The translations under genes and the position numbers were made by a program. The notes beneath the pieces were generated by a model. It was not told the origin of the DNA and ran no database searches. It saw only the letters and a list, made by a program, of their open reading frames with translations. From assembly GCA_032718475.1 (NCBI GenBank), contig JAUCBJ010007223.1, forward strand, positions 1,885 through 65,884: a stretch of DNA of 64,000 nt, read 5' to 3'. Source of the DNA: Nemertoderma westbladi. Its lineage: Eukaryota > Animalia > Xenacoelomorpha. The first letter of the stretch is position 1, and every line of letters begins with the position of its first letter. This document shows, one piece after another, positions 38,001 through 51,500 of this stretch.

Positions 38001-41000
38001 GGGATGCCCAGGTAAGGTTGGAGAGTGGACAGATAGGGATGCCCAGGTAAGGTTGGAGAGTGGACAGATAGGGATGCCCAGGTAAGGTTGGAGAGTGGGC
38101 AGATAGGGATGCCCAGGTATGGTTGGAGATTGAACAGATAGGGATGCCCAGGTATGGTTGGAGAGTGGACAGATAGGGATGCCCAGGTAAGGTTGGAGAG
38201 TGGACAGATAGGGATGCCCAGGTAAGGTTGGAGAGTGGACAGATAGGGATGGGTGCCCAGGCAAGGTTGGAGAGTGGACAGATATGGATGTATGCCCAGG
38301 TTGGAGAGTGGGCAGATATGGATGGATGCCCAGGTAACGTTGGAGAGTGGACAGATAGGTATGGATGCCAAGGTAAGGTTGGAGAGTGGACAGATAGGGA
38401 TGGATGCCAAGGTAAGGTTGGAGAGTGGACAGATATGGACGGATGCCCAGGTAAGGTTGGAGAGTGTTCAGATAGGGATGGATATGTCCAGGTAAGTTTG
38501 GAGATTGGACAGATAGGAATGGATGCCCAGGTAAGGTTGGAGAGTGGGCAGATGGATGGATGCCCAGGTTGGAGAGTGGATAAATATGGACGGATGTCCA
38601 AGTAAGGTTGGAGAGTGGACAGATATGGACGGATGCCCAGGTAAGGTTGGAGAGTGGTCAGATTGGGATGGATGCCCAGGTAAGTTTGGAGAGTGGACAG
38701 ATGAATGGATGCCCAGGTTGGAGAGTGGAGAGATATGGACGGATACCCAGGTAAGGTTGGAGAGTGGACAGATGGACGGATGCCCAGGTAAGGTTGGAGA
38801 GTGGACAGATAGGGATGGATGCCCAGGTAACGTTGGAGAGTGGACAGATAGGGATGGATGCTGGCTGTGCGTAAGTAATATTTTCTATAATCAGAATACT
38901 GTATGTACAATTATCCCTTTACAGTAGCACAAAGCGTCGAATAATCTTCAGTTCCATACTGTAGGCCTATAATTATCGTTGTTAATTTATTTATTAACAG
39001 GATGTTGCCGAAAAGAGAAAGAGAGTTTGCGACATACACGGGGCCGAATTTGCTTTCCTTTGTACTACTTGTGACGTCATTGCTTGTCCAGCATGTACAA
39101 TGTCCAAGCACTCGGCGGATTTAGGTGGTTATTCCTTATTTACTGGTTTATTAGTTAGACACTATTGTACGCTGTTGGAATTCAATACGGAATAGTTGGC
39201 CAACATGGTCGTCACTACATGGTCGAAATCTTCGTAATGGTATTGAACGCAAAAAAATGTTCTAACATAATCTAATTTTATTCTTATTTACTGTTATTAT
39301 TTACATATTCATGAATTTTTATTCTTCCTTTAGGTCACGCTCCAGTGGAACTTGTTGATGTTGATGACACTTATATAACGCAAGTCGAAGAGATTCTTTC
39401 TCACGTGACCAATCAACTGGAAACCAATCAGAACAACAAAATATCCACTGAACTTGAGCTGACCAATCACAGAAGCGCGGCGGCAACGATACAAAGTCTG
39501 GTACTTCGGGAATACAAACAGATGCACGAAATATTGAACAACCGCGCGGAACAGACATTACAAGGCTTAAATGAGTTAATGGAAGTGGAGAGTCGGTCTC
39601 TTAACGAGGGGTTGGGTAAGACAGTAACGAGTATAGAGTCGTTAGAATACGCCGCAGGTCTGGTTAGGTGCGCCCTCTCACTCAACCCAGAAACCCCGGC
39701 CATGCTGTGCGGAAGTAAAGATATTCTGACTGCTTTAAGAAGACCAGTGTCGCCAACTAGAAAGGAGAACAAGGATATCAACTACGAATGTATTGGATAT
39801 CTACAAACAACTAAGGATGTAAAAGAACATGCAGCTGAATTTACCTTCCCGAAGCTGGTTGTCGTCAAGGTATTTGTATATTTTATTTACTGGTTATTGG
39901 GGACATGAATAGACCACGTATTTCAAAGTCCTCTGTATTTGAACCATTTTATATATTAATTGGTGGTTTTGGATTTGAAATATGTAAAATGAATTTGTAA
40001 TATGATTTTGATATAATTATTGCCTTGGATGACTTCATAATGTTTATACTTAAAGAATCGTTTATTGCCGCAAATATTCCATTTTAATAACTGATATAAA
40101 TTTAGTTACGCTATAACAGTATAACAGATAATAAACTGTTAATTTATCAGTAATGTTATAAACGTGGCTGAAATTTATATTGGTTATTAAAATGGAATAT
40201 TTGCTGCTAAAAACGATTCTTTTAGTGTATTATAACATTCGGAGGAATGTATTATGTAGCCATAAAAATGTAGGTCTATTCTATGACTTTATTTTGAATA
40301 TTAATATATTAAGGTAAGTCATGTAATCGGTATATCACGGAATGATAATTTAGAATACATATTGTAATGTTAGATTTTATTTCATATATTACAGTGTTAA
40401 TGGTTTGTAGATAAGTGAGTTATCTTAGTCAACTTTTATTATTATTGTGGAATTAATAGTAGTACCTGTAGAATATAATATACTGTAGACTTAATCAGAA
40501 GGATATAATGTTTACTATATTTATCTGTAAAGAGTTTGTTGCGTTACAGGGTTCGTTACGAGGATCGGTTGCAGATAAAGCCTTTGTGTTGGATGTGGGC
40601 GTGGCTAAGGGGCCGTTAAGGATGTCCGACGCCAATGTCGATATTGTCGACTGGGACGGTGTAAATGTTAAAGTTGTTACCAGCGTCAACAATGATGGAA
40701 GTTTTAAGCTGAAAGTTAAGGTTAGATAAACATACCTCTATATGCGATCTATAGTGATGCAGGTGCGTACATGTAACATCCCTAACATCTATTATAACAT
40801 CATTCATTATATACTGAAGAGTCTTCTTATAGTACCGGTTAATAATAATTAACAATTTATATTACAATTGAATATTTATTAATATCGCCATAATTACGAT
40901 AATATATTTACGCGCATTCTACTTTAGGTCACTGATGTCGGCCCCTATAAGCTCTTACTCAGGTTTCCCAATGTTGTCCCTTCCGAGATGGTGTTTAATA

Positions 41001-44000
41001 TACAAGTTCCTCTTGTAGCCAATCAGGATCTCAACGTTAGTGTAACGCCCTCTACCGGCAAAGATACGAAAATGTCGGAATACGACGATAATGTTAAACG
41101 AGGTAAGACCTGGGTGGTTCTCCGTGTTGCAAAATATAAACATTAAGTTCAAATAAGTCTAGAAGGTACGATATATTGTCCGTTATATGAGCATTATGGT
41201 CATTGTTGTAGCCGATATCTCAATGATTGTGTTGGTATTTAGTTACTTGCCGGTACAGTAGGAGCAACACCGATTCTGTTGCGGAATTGGTTGATTGTAC
41301 GTTTGTGTTGTTTCTGTAATACAATTCATCAGCCAATATTAGATGACCCTCCTAAAACAGAGTCTTAGTATCATAATGAGTTTCTCGTAGGAAATTTATT
41401 GCTCACATTTATAGATACTATTGTTTGGCAGGTCTTTGTGTTCCTAACTGGTGGCTACCTCAATCTGTAACGCAAGACTTTGTGTTGGTGGAGATGGTAG
41501 ATTCCTCTACTTTCGAGTACCAGAGAGTTCAACAACTGTTTATAGACCGTTGCGATGACGACAAACAACCGTCTATTGTAACTGTTAGTAACTACTCATA
41601 GTATATCATTTAACGCCTTTTAATTTCTCAGTTTTTTTAGGAATTACACTGTATCGACTTTTCCTAGAATAACCTCCTGAGAATACCTCAATTTGTAAGA
41701 AAACATTCAGATTTTCTTACAAATCTTTATCAACAAACTAATTTGTTTCTTAATTTCTAATGCAGATTAAACGTCTTCAAAATCCCGAGTTATTTAAATC
41801 GTATCAGAAACATCGACACGAAACACACACGGATGAGGGAGGGGTTGAGGAACACTACATGTTTCACACTCCTTATAAGATGGAACACATTGCTGACATT
41901 AACAGGGATGGGTTCATGGGTCTCATTGATCGTATACCATCCTCGAAGCTGGGAACAAGTTAGTCGAAGCCGCTATGCCTGCAGAATGATGCTGGGTTTC
42001 GTAATGTAGAGAGTTACACCCGAGTTGTAAAATGCATCGTTAGTGTCTGAGCATTGTATCTTGTCCTAAGCCATTTAACCTGCATAGCATCCGGGTGTAT
42101 AACTGTATTTACGAGCAAGATATCTGGTGTCCTATACAGTAAGAGTGCAACAGGAAATACTGCTATAGAGCAGTATAGGCTCTACTTCTGCCCACTATAA
42201 TTTTACATTGTGACGGTTTGTTTACAGTTTGAAGGTTTAATGCTGCGTAAATTAATCATTAATTAAATATCAAAAGTTTTTGAAAAATGTTTCAAAATCC
42301 TTTATTTGTTTACAGCTTTTAACGGTGAGTCGGGTATTCGATTCGTCCGGAGCTCCACGGATCAATCAGTAGACGAGGAATGGTGGGCCGTTTACGTCTG
42401 TCGGATATTCAGTGTCGCTAGTCAATTAGATGCAGGTAAATATGCCACGTTGTCTACAAACTTAATCAATCCCAAAAATATTAAGTGCTAAGTCAATAGC
42501 TACATAATTAGTAAATAAAGCAACAATTATTGATGATTTTTTTTAACCTCAACTAAAATTGATATCATTTATTTTTGTATCTTATATAATATGCGTTATA
42601 TACTTAATGTATATTAATTATGTGATATCATGTAAATTATATAGGAATTCCAGAAGAGGGGAAAGCAAGCGAAGTTGGTTCCGGGAGGCGGACAGGTACA
42701 CCTGTCGATAAACGAGTATTGGATAGCCGAGAAGACGGACGGCGTACCGGAACGAATAGTCGTAAATCTTCCGGAGTCACTTCGAGAAAGGGATCCAGTG
42801 GTTAGTTGATTAATTAAATACCATAGCAGTACGGTAGTAAATACTTAGCAGTAGTAAATACTTAGCAGTAGTAAATACTTAGTAGTAGTAAATACTTAGC
42901 AGTAGTAAATACTTAGTAGTAGTAAATACTTAGCAGTAGTAAATACTTAGCAGTAGTAAATACTTAGCAGTAGTAAATACTTAGTAGTAGTAAATACTTA
43001 GCAGTAGTAAATACTTAGTAGTAGTAAATACTTAGCAGTAGTAAATACTTAGCAGTAGTAAATACTTAGCAGTAGTAAATACTTAGCAGTAGTAAATACT
43101 TAGCAGTAGTAAATACTTAGTAGTAGTAAATACTTAGCAGTAGTAAATACTTAGTAGTAGTAAATACTTAGCAGTAGTAAATACTTAGCAGTAGTAAATA
43201 CTTAGCAGTAGTAAATACTTAGCAGTAGTAAATACTTAGCAGTAGTAAATACTTAGCAGTAGTAAATACTTAGCAGTAGTAAATACTTAGCAGTAGTAAA
43301 TACTTAAAGCAGTAGTAAATACTTAGCAGTAGTAAATACTTAGCAGTAGTAAATACTTAGTAGTAGTAAATACTTAGCAGTAGTAAATACTTAGCAGTAG
43401 TAAATACTTAGCAGTAGTAAATACTTAGTAGTAGTAAATACTTAGCAGTAGTAAATTCTTAGTAGTAGTAAATACTTAGCAGTAGTAAATACTTAGCAGT
43501 AGTAAATACTTAGCAGTAGTAAATACTTAGCAGTAGTAAATACTTAGCAGTAGTAAATACTTAGTAGTAGTAAATACTTAGCAGTAGTAAATACTTAGTA
43601 GTAGTAAATACTTAGCAGTAGTAAATACTTAGCAGTAGTAAATACTTAGCAGTAGTAAATACTTAGCAGTAGTAAATACTTAGCAGTAGTAAATACTTAG
43701 CAGTAGTAAATACTTAGTAGTAGTAAATACTTAGCAGTAGTAAATACTTAGCAGTAGTAAATACTTAGCAGTAGTAAATACTTAGTAGTAGTAAATACTT
43801 AGCAGTAGTAAATACTTAGTAGTAGTAAATACTTAGCAGTAGTAAATACTTAGCAGTAGTAAATACTTAGCAGTAGTAAATACTTAGCAGTAGTAAATAC
43901 TTAGCAGTAGTAAATACTTAGTAGTAGTAAATACTTAGCAGTAGTAAATACTTAGTAGTAGTAAATACTTAGCAGTAGTAAATACTTAGCAGTAGTAAAT

Positions 44001-47000
44001 ACTTAAAGCAGTAGTAAATACTTAGCAGTAGTAAATACTTAGCAGTAGTAAATACTTAGCAGTAGTAAATACTTAAAGCAGTAGTAAATACTTAGCAGTA
44101 GTAAATACTTAGCAGTAGTAAATACTTAGCAGTAGTAAATACTTAGCAGTAGTAAATACTTAGCAGTAGTAAATACTTAGCAGTAGTAAATACTTAGCAG
44201 TAGTAAATACTTAGCAGTAGTAAATACTTAGCAGTAGTAAATACTTAAAGCAGTAGTAAATACTTAGCAGTAGTAAATACTTAGCAGTAGTAAATACTTA
44301 GCAGTAGTAAATACTTAGTAGTAGTAAATACTTAGCAGTAGTAAATACTTAGTAGTAGTAAATACTTAGCAGTAGTAAATACTTAGCAGTAGTAAATACT
44401 TAGCAGTAGTAAATACTTAGCAGTAGTAAATACTTAGCAGTAGTAAATACTTAGCAGTAGTAAATACTTAGCAGTAGTAAATACTTAGCAGTAGTAAATA
44501 CTTAAAGCAGTAGTAAATACTTAGCAGTAGTAAATACTTAGCAGTAGTAAATACTTAGCAGTAGTAAATACTTAGCAGTTGTTCTCCTTTAGTACGGACC
44601 TAAAAGTACACCAGTACCAGTCCCTAAGCCTACAACATAACGGAATTGCTGTCTGACTGTCAGACTTTCTGACGCCACTAGATTTTTGCTTAGTTTCGGG
44701 CTCGTTTGGGGATTCACGTGGGGTTTTTTGGAATGGTTTGTTGCGGCTGTAGCAACTCCAAGTCGGGGCGCCGCTGCCAGAGATGCGTCTGTGCCGTAGA
44801 GGGTCGGCAATGTTCGAGTTGTGCTCCCGGGAGGAACGGAAACTGCGCGAACGGTGGTCAAACGTCTTCCTCGCAGCCGCTACCTTCCACCTACGGCGCT
44901 ATCCCTGTAGCATCTGAGGGCTCTCTCTCACAGCCAGTTGATAGCGGAACCCCAGACTCGGGCGACGAAGGGGACGACGATGACACGGATTGGCACGACA
45001 CCTTGGTGGACTTCGACACAACCTTAACTGAGTCTACCTCAAATGAGGCGATAACTCCATTCAAGCCAAATCAAGCCAGCGTTGTCGACCCCCTGGTTGA
45101 CCCAGCGTCCGTTGTCGGCCCCCTGGTTCCCCCAGCGTCCGTTGTCGGCCCCCAGGTTCCCCCAGCGTCCGTTGTTGGCCCCCTGGTTCCCCCAGCGCCC
45201 GTTGTCGGCCCCCTGGTCCCCCCAGCGTCCGTTGTCGACCGCCTGGTTCCCCCAGCGTCCGTTGTCGGCCCCCAGGTTCCCCCAGCGTCCGTTGTTGGCC
45301 CCCTGGTTCCCCCAGCGCCCGTTGTCGGCCCCCTGGTCCCCCCAGCGTCCGTTGTCGACCGCCTGGTTCCCTCAGCGCCCGTTGTCGGCCCCCTGGTTCC
45401 CCCAGCGCCCGTTGTAGGCCTCCTGGCTCCCCCGGCGTCTGGGATTAGCCCCTTGGTTCCCCCAACCGGTTCATCAGTGGGGCCAGCGCCGCTAGCAGGG
45501 CCTTCTTGTGTCACCGGTTCAACAGAGGTTACCTGGGCACATGTTAAATTACCCAAACAGCATATCGAGAAGTCTATCGCGGATGCTTATGGTGTTATAG
45601 TTCACTGGCGGCCCAACCTATTCCTAGTGCCTCAGGGGGCTGGGGGGCGGGCTTTCGTTGCGGAAATGTGTCGAATTTTGGTTCTAGCCACCACCAACAA
45701 CGTGCTGCAGGAAGTTTCTCTTACTGCATTGTTGTTGATGCCGGCGCTGTTGCTTCAGAAGCCTGGACGTTCATCAACGACGGCGATACACAGACGAATT
45801 CTAGAACGTAGACTAGAATCTTGGAAAGCGGGTAATTTCAATGAGCTACTTATTGAGGCCCGGGCGATTCAGTCGCATCTTCCCAAGTTAAGACAATTCG
45901 AGTCACAGGAGGTTATGCGCCAGAAAACGTTCGTCAGACATATGTTGACAGGGAATGTGTCTGCGGCGACGCGATGTCTCCGCGACCTGACTAGAGGCAA
46001 ACCGCTCCGCCTGGACGATACGTTTACCGACAAGGACGGGGCAACAAAGGTAGTCCGCGATGTCCTGCGTGAGAAACACCCCGCTGCGAAACCCGCGGAT
46101 GAGTCAGTTTTACTGACAGAGTTCGATCGCGCGCCGGAGTTCCACAACGTTGTGTTCGAACGACTGGATGGTCCATGCATCCAGTCATGTTTACTTCGGA
46201 TGAAGGGAAACGCGGCGGGCCCATCTGGCCTGGACGTTCAGGGGTGGAAACACCTTCTGACAAGGTTTCGCAATCCGTCGGCTGAGCTGTGCGAGAGAAT
46301 CGCTGACCTGGCAAAGCGTCTAGCCCAGGTTGTTGTCCCCCCCGGGTCGCTGTCTGCGTTGCTCTCGTCTCGTCTGTTGGCCCTCGACAAGAACCCGGGG
46401 GTCCGCCCAATCGGGATAGGCGAGGTGCTCCGGCGGGTAATCGGAAAGGCGACGGTGCTGTGTATCAGTCCAGATTTACAGGCCGTCGGCGGATCTGTCC
46501 AGATGTGTCTCGGACAGAAAGCGGGAATCGAACACGCGATACACAGTTTAAACGATTCCTTTGCCTCTGAAGACTGCGACGGCATATTACAGATCGACGC
46601 TACCAACGCATTTAATGTGTTAAACCGCAGCGCAGCGTTGCATAGCATCGGTTTAGTCTGTCCGGCGCTGCACACGATAGTAACTAATTGTTACAGCGAA
46701 CCAGCGCGGCTATTCGTCGGCGGGGAAACCCTCTACTCGGAGGAGGGTTCCACCCAAGGAGACCCGGTGGCGATGCCGATGTTTGGCTGCGGTATAACGC
46801 CGCTCCTTGACGAACTGGACCGCGGGTGCGACGTGGAACAGAAGTGGTTTGCGGACGATGGGAACGCGGGGGGCCGACTGGGAGAACTCAGGAAGTTCTT
46901 TGATATCGCATGTTCAAGGGGACCATTGTACGGGTACTACCCGTCGAAGTGTGTCCTGACTGTAAAGCCGGATAAGTTAGTGGAGGCGGAGGCGTTGTTT

Positions 47001-48555
47001 GCGAACACAATCGTCACAATTGATACGACGGGCAACAAGCTACTCGGCGGCGTTATCGGTACCGAGGAATTTTGTTCCAGCTACGTCGAGGAGAAAGTCG
47101 ATGAGTTCGCGGAGGAAGTCGATCGACTCGCCGAGATTGCCGCGTTGGACCCCCACTGCGCGTACGCCGGTTTGGCGTTCGGGCTCTCCTGCAGGTGGAG
47201 GTTCCTAACCCGCGTCATCCCCAACGCAACGGAGCACTTCGGGAAGCTGGAGGAGACGGTGCAGCGGTTCATCGCCAAACTGCTCGACAGGCCGTCGCTA
47301 TCGGCGGTTGAACGCCAACTAGTCTCCCTCCCAACTCGGGATGGCGGATTGGGTATCCCGGTTCCTTCCGACTTGGAGACGCAGTACGACCACTCGCGCC
47401 GAGTCTGTGAACCGTTCGCAGATGCGGAGTCGATGGCAGCGGTGCGGACTGAACAGAGACGGATCGTGACCGAGGTGAAGGCGGAGTCCGTAACATCGTC
47501 TCGTACTAAAAGGGAACAAGTATACGCCCAGTTACCCACAGACCAACGCAAACTGTGTGAACTCACAACAGAAAAAGGTGCGTCAGCTTGGTTAAACTCC
47601 AAGCCACTAACCCTACAAGTTACTCACCTGAGTAAAGAAGAGTTCCGGGATGCGGTGTGTCTCCGCTACGGTTGGTGTCCGAAGAATCTACCATCTCGTT
47701 GTGCCTGTGGGGCGCGATTTTCTGCAACCCACGTCCTGTCGTGCCCAACTGGAGGTTTCCCCTCCATCAGGCACAATGAGATACGTGATTTCGTCGCCAA
47801 CTCGCTCACTGAGGTCGCCTACAGCGTTGCTGTTGAGCCGATGCTCCAGCCGTTATCCGGTGAAACTTTCACCCATCGTACCACCTCGACGGACCAGCAG
47901 GCGAGGCTGGATGTGTCTGTGAGCGGCTTCTGGGGAAACCGATTCCAGCGGTCGTTCATCGACGTGTCCGTGTTTAACCCGCTGGCGGCGACGAACGCGG
48001 CTATGTCCCTAGACGCAGCGCACCTCCACCACGAGAATCGTAAGATTCTTAAGTACGAGGAGAGGATACGGGAGGTGGAACATTCTACTTTCGTCCCCCT
48101 CATATTCTCGGCCTTTGGCGGGATGGCGCCGACCACGCGCCAGTTTGTTAAGCGCCTGGGACAGAAGCTCGCGGACAAACGCGAGGTCAGGTACTCGGAA
48201 TGCGTCACGTGGATCCGGCGCAAGTTAAACTTCGCGTTGCTTCGTTCCTCCCTGCTCTGCCTTCGAGGTTGTAGGTCAGCCTCTAAACGGCCGGTTCATT
48301 GTCCAGTGTCTGATGCCTCCATTCGGTTGGACAACGCCGACACTGAGCCGTAGCCTGGTAGTACAGCGCAGTCGTACAGGCCTACAATAGCTGACCAGTA
48401 GGCCTACAACATAAACAACCAACTGTTTTGAATTTCCCCCTTACATCCGTATCACTGTACCTCATTGTATAAATCAGATTTGGTGATAGGGTGTAATAGT
48501 GCAATTTGAAATCCATTGTATCAACTATGTTATTATACTATCATTCTCACCCAAT

Positions 48556-48592
<37 letters not shown>

Positions 48593-51500
48593 CAGTAGTA
48601 AATACTTAGCAGTAGTAAATACTTAGCAGTAGTAAATACTTAGCAGTAGTAAATACTTAAAGCAGTATTAAATACTTAGCAGTAGTAAATACTTAGCAGT
48701 AGTAAATACTTAGCAGTAGGAAATACTTAGCAGTAGTAAATACTTAGCAGTAGTAAATACTTAGCAGTAGTAAATACTTAGCAGTAGTAAATACTTAAAG
48801 CAGTAGTAAATACTTAGCAGTAGTAAATACTTAGCAGTAGTAAATACTTAGCAGTAGTAAATACTTAGCAGTAGTAAATACTTAGCAGTAGTAAATACTT
48901 AGCAGTAGTAAATACTTAGCAGTAGTAAATACTTAGCAGTAGTAAATACTTAGCAGTAGTAAATACTTAGCAGTAGTAAATACTTAGCAGTAGGAAATAC
49001 TTAGCAGTAGTAAATACTTAGCAGTAGTAAATACTTAGCAGTAGTAAATACTTAGCAGTAGTAAATACTTAAAGCAGTAGTAAATACTTAGCAGTAGTAA
49101 ATACTTAAAGCAGTAGTAAATACTTAACAGTAGTAAATACTTAGCAGTAGTAAATACTTAGCAGTAGGAAATACTTAGCAGTAGTAAATACTTAGCAGTA
49201 GTAAATACTTAGCAGTAGTAAATACTTAGCAGTAGTAAATACTTAGCAGTAGTAAATACTTAAAGCAGTAGTAAATACTTAGCAGTAGTAAATACTTAGC
49301 AGTAGTAAATACTTAGCAGTAGTAAATACTTAGCAGTAGTAAATACTTAAAGCAGTAGTAAATACTTAAAGCAGTAGTAAATACTTAGCAGTTGTAAATA
49401 CTTAGCAGTAGTAAATACTTAAAGCAGTAGTAAATACTTAGCAGTTGTAAATACTCAGCAGTAGTAAATACTTAAAGCAGCAGTAAATACTTAGCAGTAG
49501 TAAATACTTAGCAGTAGTAAATACTTAAAGCAGTAGTAAATACTTAGCAGTAGTAAATACTTAGCAGTAGTAAATACTTAGCAGTAGTAAATACTTAGCA
49601 GTAGTAAATACTTAAAGCAGTAGTAAATACTTAAAGCAGTAGTAAATACTTAGCAGTTGTAAATACTTAGCAGTAGTAAATACTTAAAGCAGTAGTAAAT
49701 ACTTAGCAGTAGTAAATACTTAGCAGTAGTAAATACTTAGCAGTAGTAAATACTTAAAGCAGTAGTGAATACTTAGCAGTAGTAAATACTTAGCAGTAGT
49801 AAATACTTAGCAGTAGTAAATACTTAGCAGTAGTAAATACTTAGCAGTAGTAAATACTTAGCAGTAGTAAATACTTAGCTTACTCTAAATCAGCTGTTAT
49901 TTACCTCGGCTTTCAGCTGAAGAGGGATGCATTTTGATTGCATCTAGAGACCCTCCCCCCCCCCCCCCCCCCTATCTGCAAAGTCTAGAAAATAAACCTA
50001 CAGATGTATAATCTAATAATCTATTAAATTATTTATTTGTCTTCGGCCTTCGCATTACATTGACAAATTCCATAATCTGAGATTATATTTCGTGTCACCC
50101 AGGGACCAATTCCGTTAAATCGAGGACAAAAACAAAATCACCGAGAAGCAGCCTTCAATCTGGTTCTATAAAACAACGCCAATTAGGTGAGTACCGGAAT
50201 GGGTTCAATTAGGTGAGTACCGGAATGGGTTCAATTAGGTGAGTACCGGAATGGCTTCAATTAGGTGAGTACCGGAATGGGTTCAATTAGGTGAGAACCG
50301 GAATGGGTTCAATTAGGTGAGTACCGGAATGGGTTCAATTAGGTGAGAACCGGAATGGGTTCAATTAGCTGAGTACCGGAATGGGTTCAATTAGGTGAGT
50401 ACCGGAATGGGTTCAATTAGGTGAGTACCGGAATGGCTTCAATTAGGTGAGTACCGGAATGGGTTCAATTAGGTGAGAACCGGAATGGGTTCAATTAGGT
50501 GAGTACCGGAATGGGTTCAATTAGGTGAGTACCGGATTGGGTTCAATTAGGTGAGTACCGGAATGGTTTCAATTAGGTGAGTACCGGAATGGGTTCAATT
50601 AGGTGAGTGCCGGAATGGGTTCAATTAGGTGAGTGCCGGAATGGGTTCAATTAGGTGAGTACCGGAATGGGTTCAATTATGTGAGTACCGGAATGGCTTC
50701 AATTAGGTGAGTGCCGGAATGGATTCAATTAGGTGAGTACCGGAATGGGTTCAATTAGGTGAGTACCGGAATGGGTTCAATTAGGTGAGTACCGGAATGG
50801 GTTCAATTATGTGAGTATCGGAATGGGTTCAATTAGGTGAGTGCCGGAATGGGTTCAATTAGGTGAGTACCGGTATGGCTTCAATTAGGTGAGTACCGGA
50901 ATGGGTTCAATTAGGTGAGTACCGGAATGGGTTCAATTAGGTGAGTACCGGAATGGCTTCAATTAGGTGAGTACCGGAATGGGTTCAATTAGGTGAGTAC
51001 CGTAATGGGTTCAATTAGGTGAGTACCGGAATGGGTTCAATTAGGTGAGTACCGGAATGGGTTCAATTAGGTGAGTACCGGAATGGGTTCAATTAGGTGA
51101 GTACCGGAATGGGTTCAATTAGGTGAGTACCGGAATGGGTTCAATTAGGTGAGTACCGGAATGGGTTCAATTAGGTGAGTACCGGAATGGGTTCAATTAG
51201 GTGAGTACCGGATTGGCTTCAAATAGGTGAGTACCGGAATGGGTTCAATTAGGTGAGTGCCGGAATGGGTTCAATTAGGTGAGTACCGGAATGTGTTCAA
51301 TTAGGTGAGTACCGGAATGGCTTCAATTAGGTAAGTACCGGAATGGCTTCAATTAGGTGAGTACCGGAATGGGTTCAATTATGTGAGTACCGGAATGGCT
51401 TCAATTAGGTGAGTACCGGAATGGGTTCAATTAGGTGAGTACCGGAATGGCTTCAATTAGGTGAGTACCGCAATGGCTTCAATTAGGTGAGTACCGGAAT

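Larger units (their letters stand above)
44580..48590 (+). mobile_element. Apparently full-length RLE-type non-LTR retrotransposon, CRE-like clade
   Basis: Single intact ORF, short UTRs, ~34-nt poly(A) tail from 48557, inserted in the satellite array. Confidence 0.92.
42834..49879. repeat. 17-bp satellite (AGCAGTAGTAAATACTT)n, split by a retrotransposon (42834-44579 and 48591-49879)
   Basis: Directly visible tandem array. Confidence 0.95.

Noticed and set aside
34981-38927. Many long ORFs on both strands, including a 1019-aa minus-strand ORF
   Set aside because: They are translations of the 39/35-bp minisatellite, open in several frames because the unit lacks stops. The array lies in an intron between the two B-box exons.
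40060-40225. Short intronic inverted repeat
   Set aside because: Probably a small decayed MITE; termini and TSD could not be defined, so it was not listed as a feature.
42834-44579. 17-bp satellite as a spliced-leader RNA array (the classic CRE target)
   Set aside because: The unit is too short and has no SL exon, donor or Sm-site organisation.
45071-48223. Minus-strand and alternate-frame ORFs over the RLE element
   Set aside because: Shadows of a GC-rich coding region.
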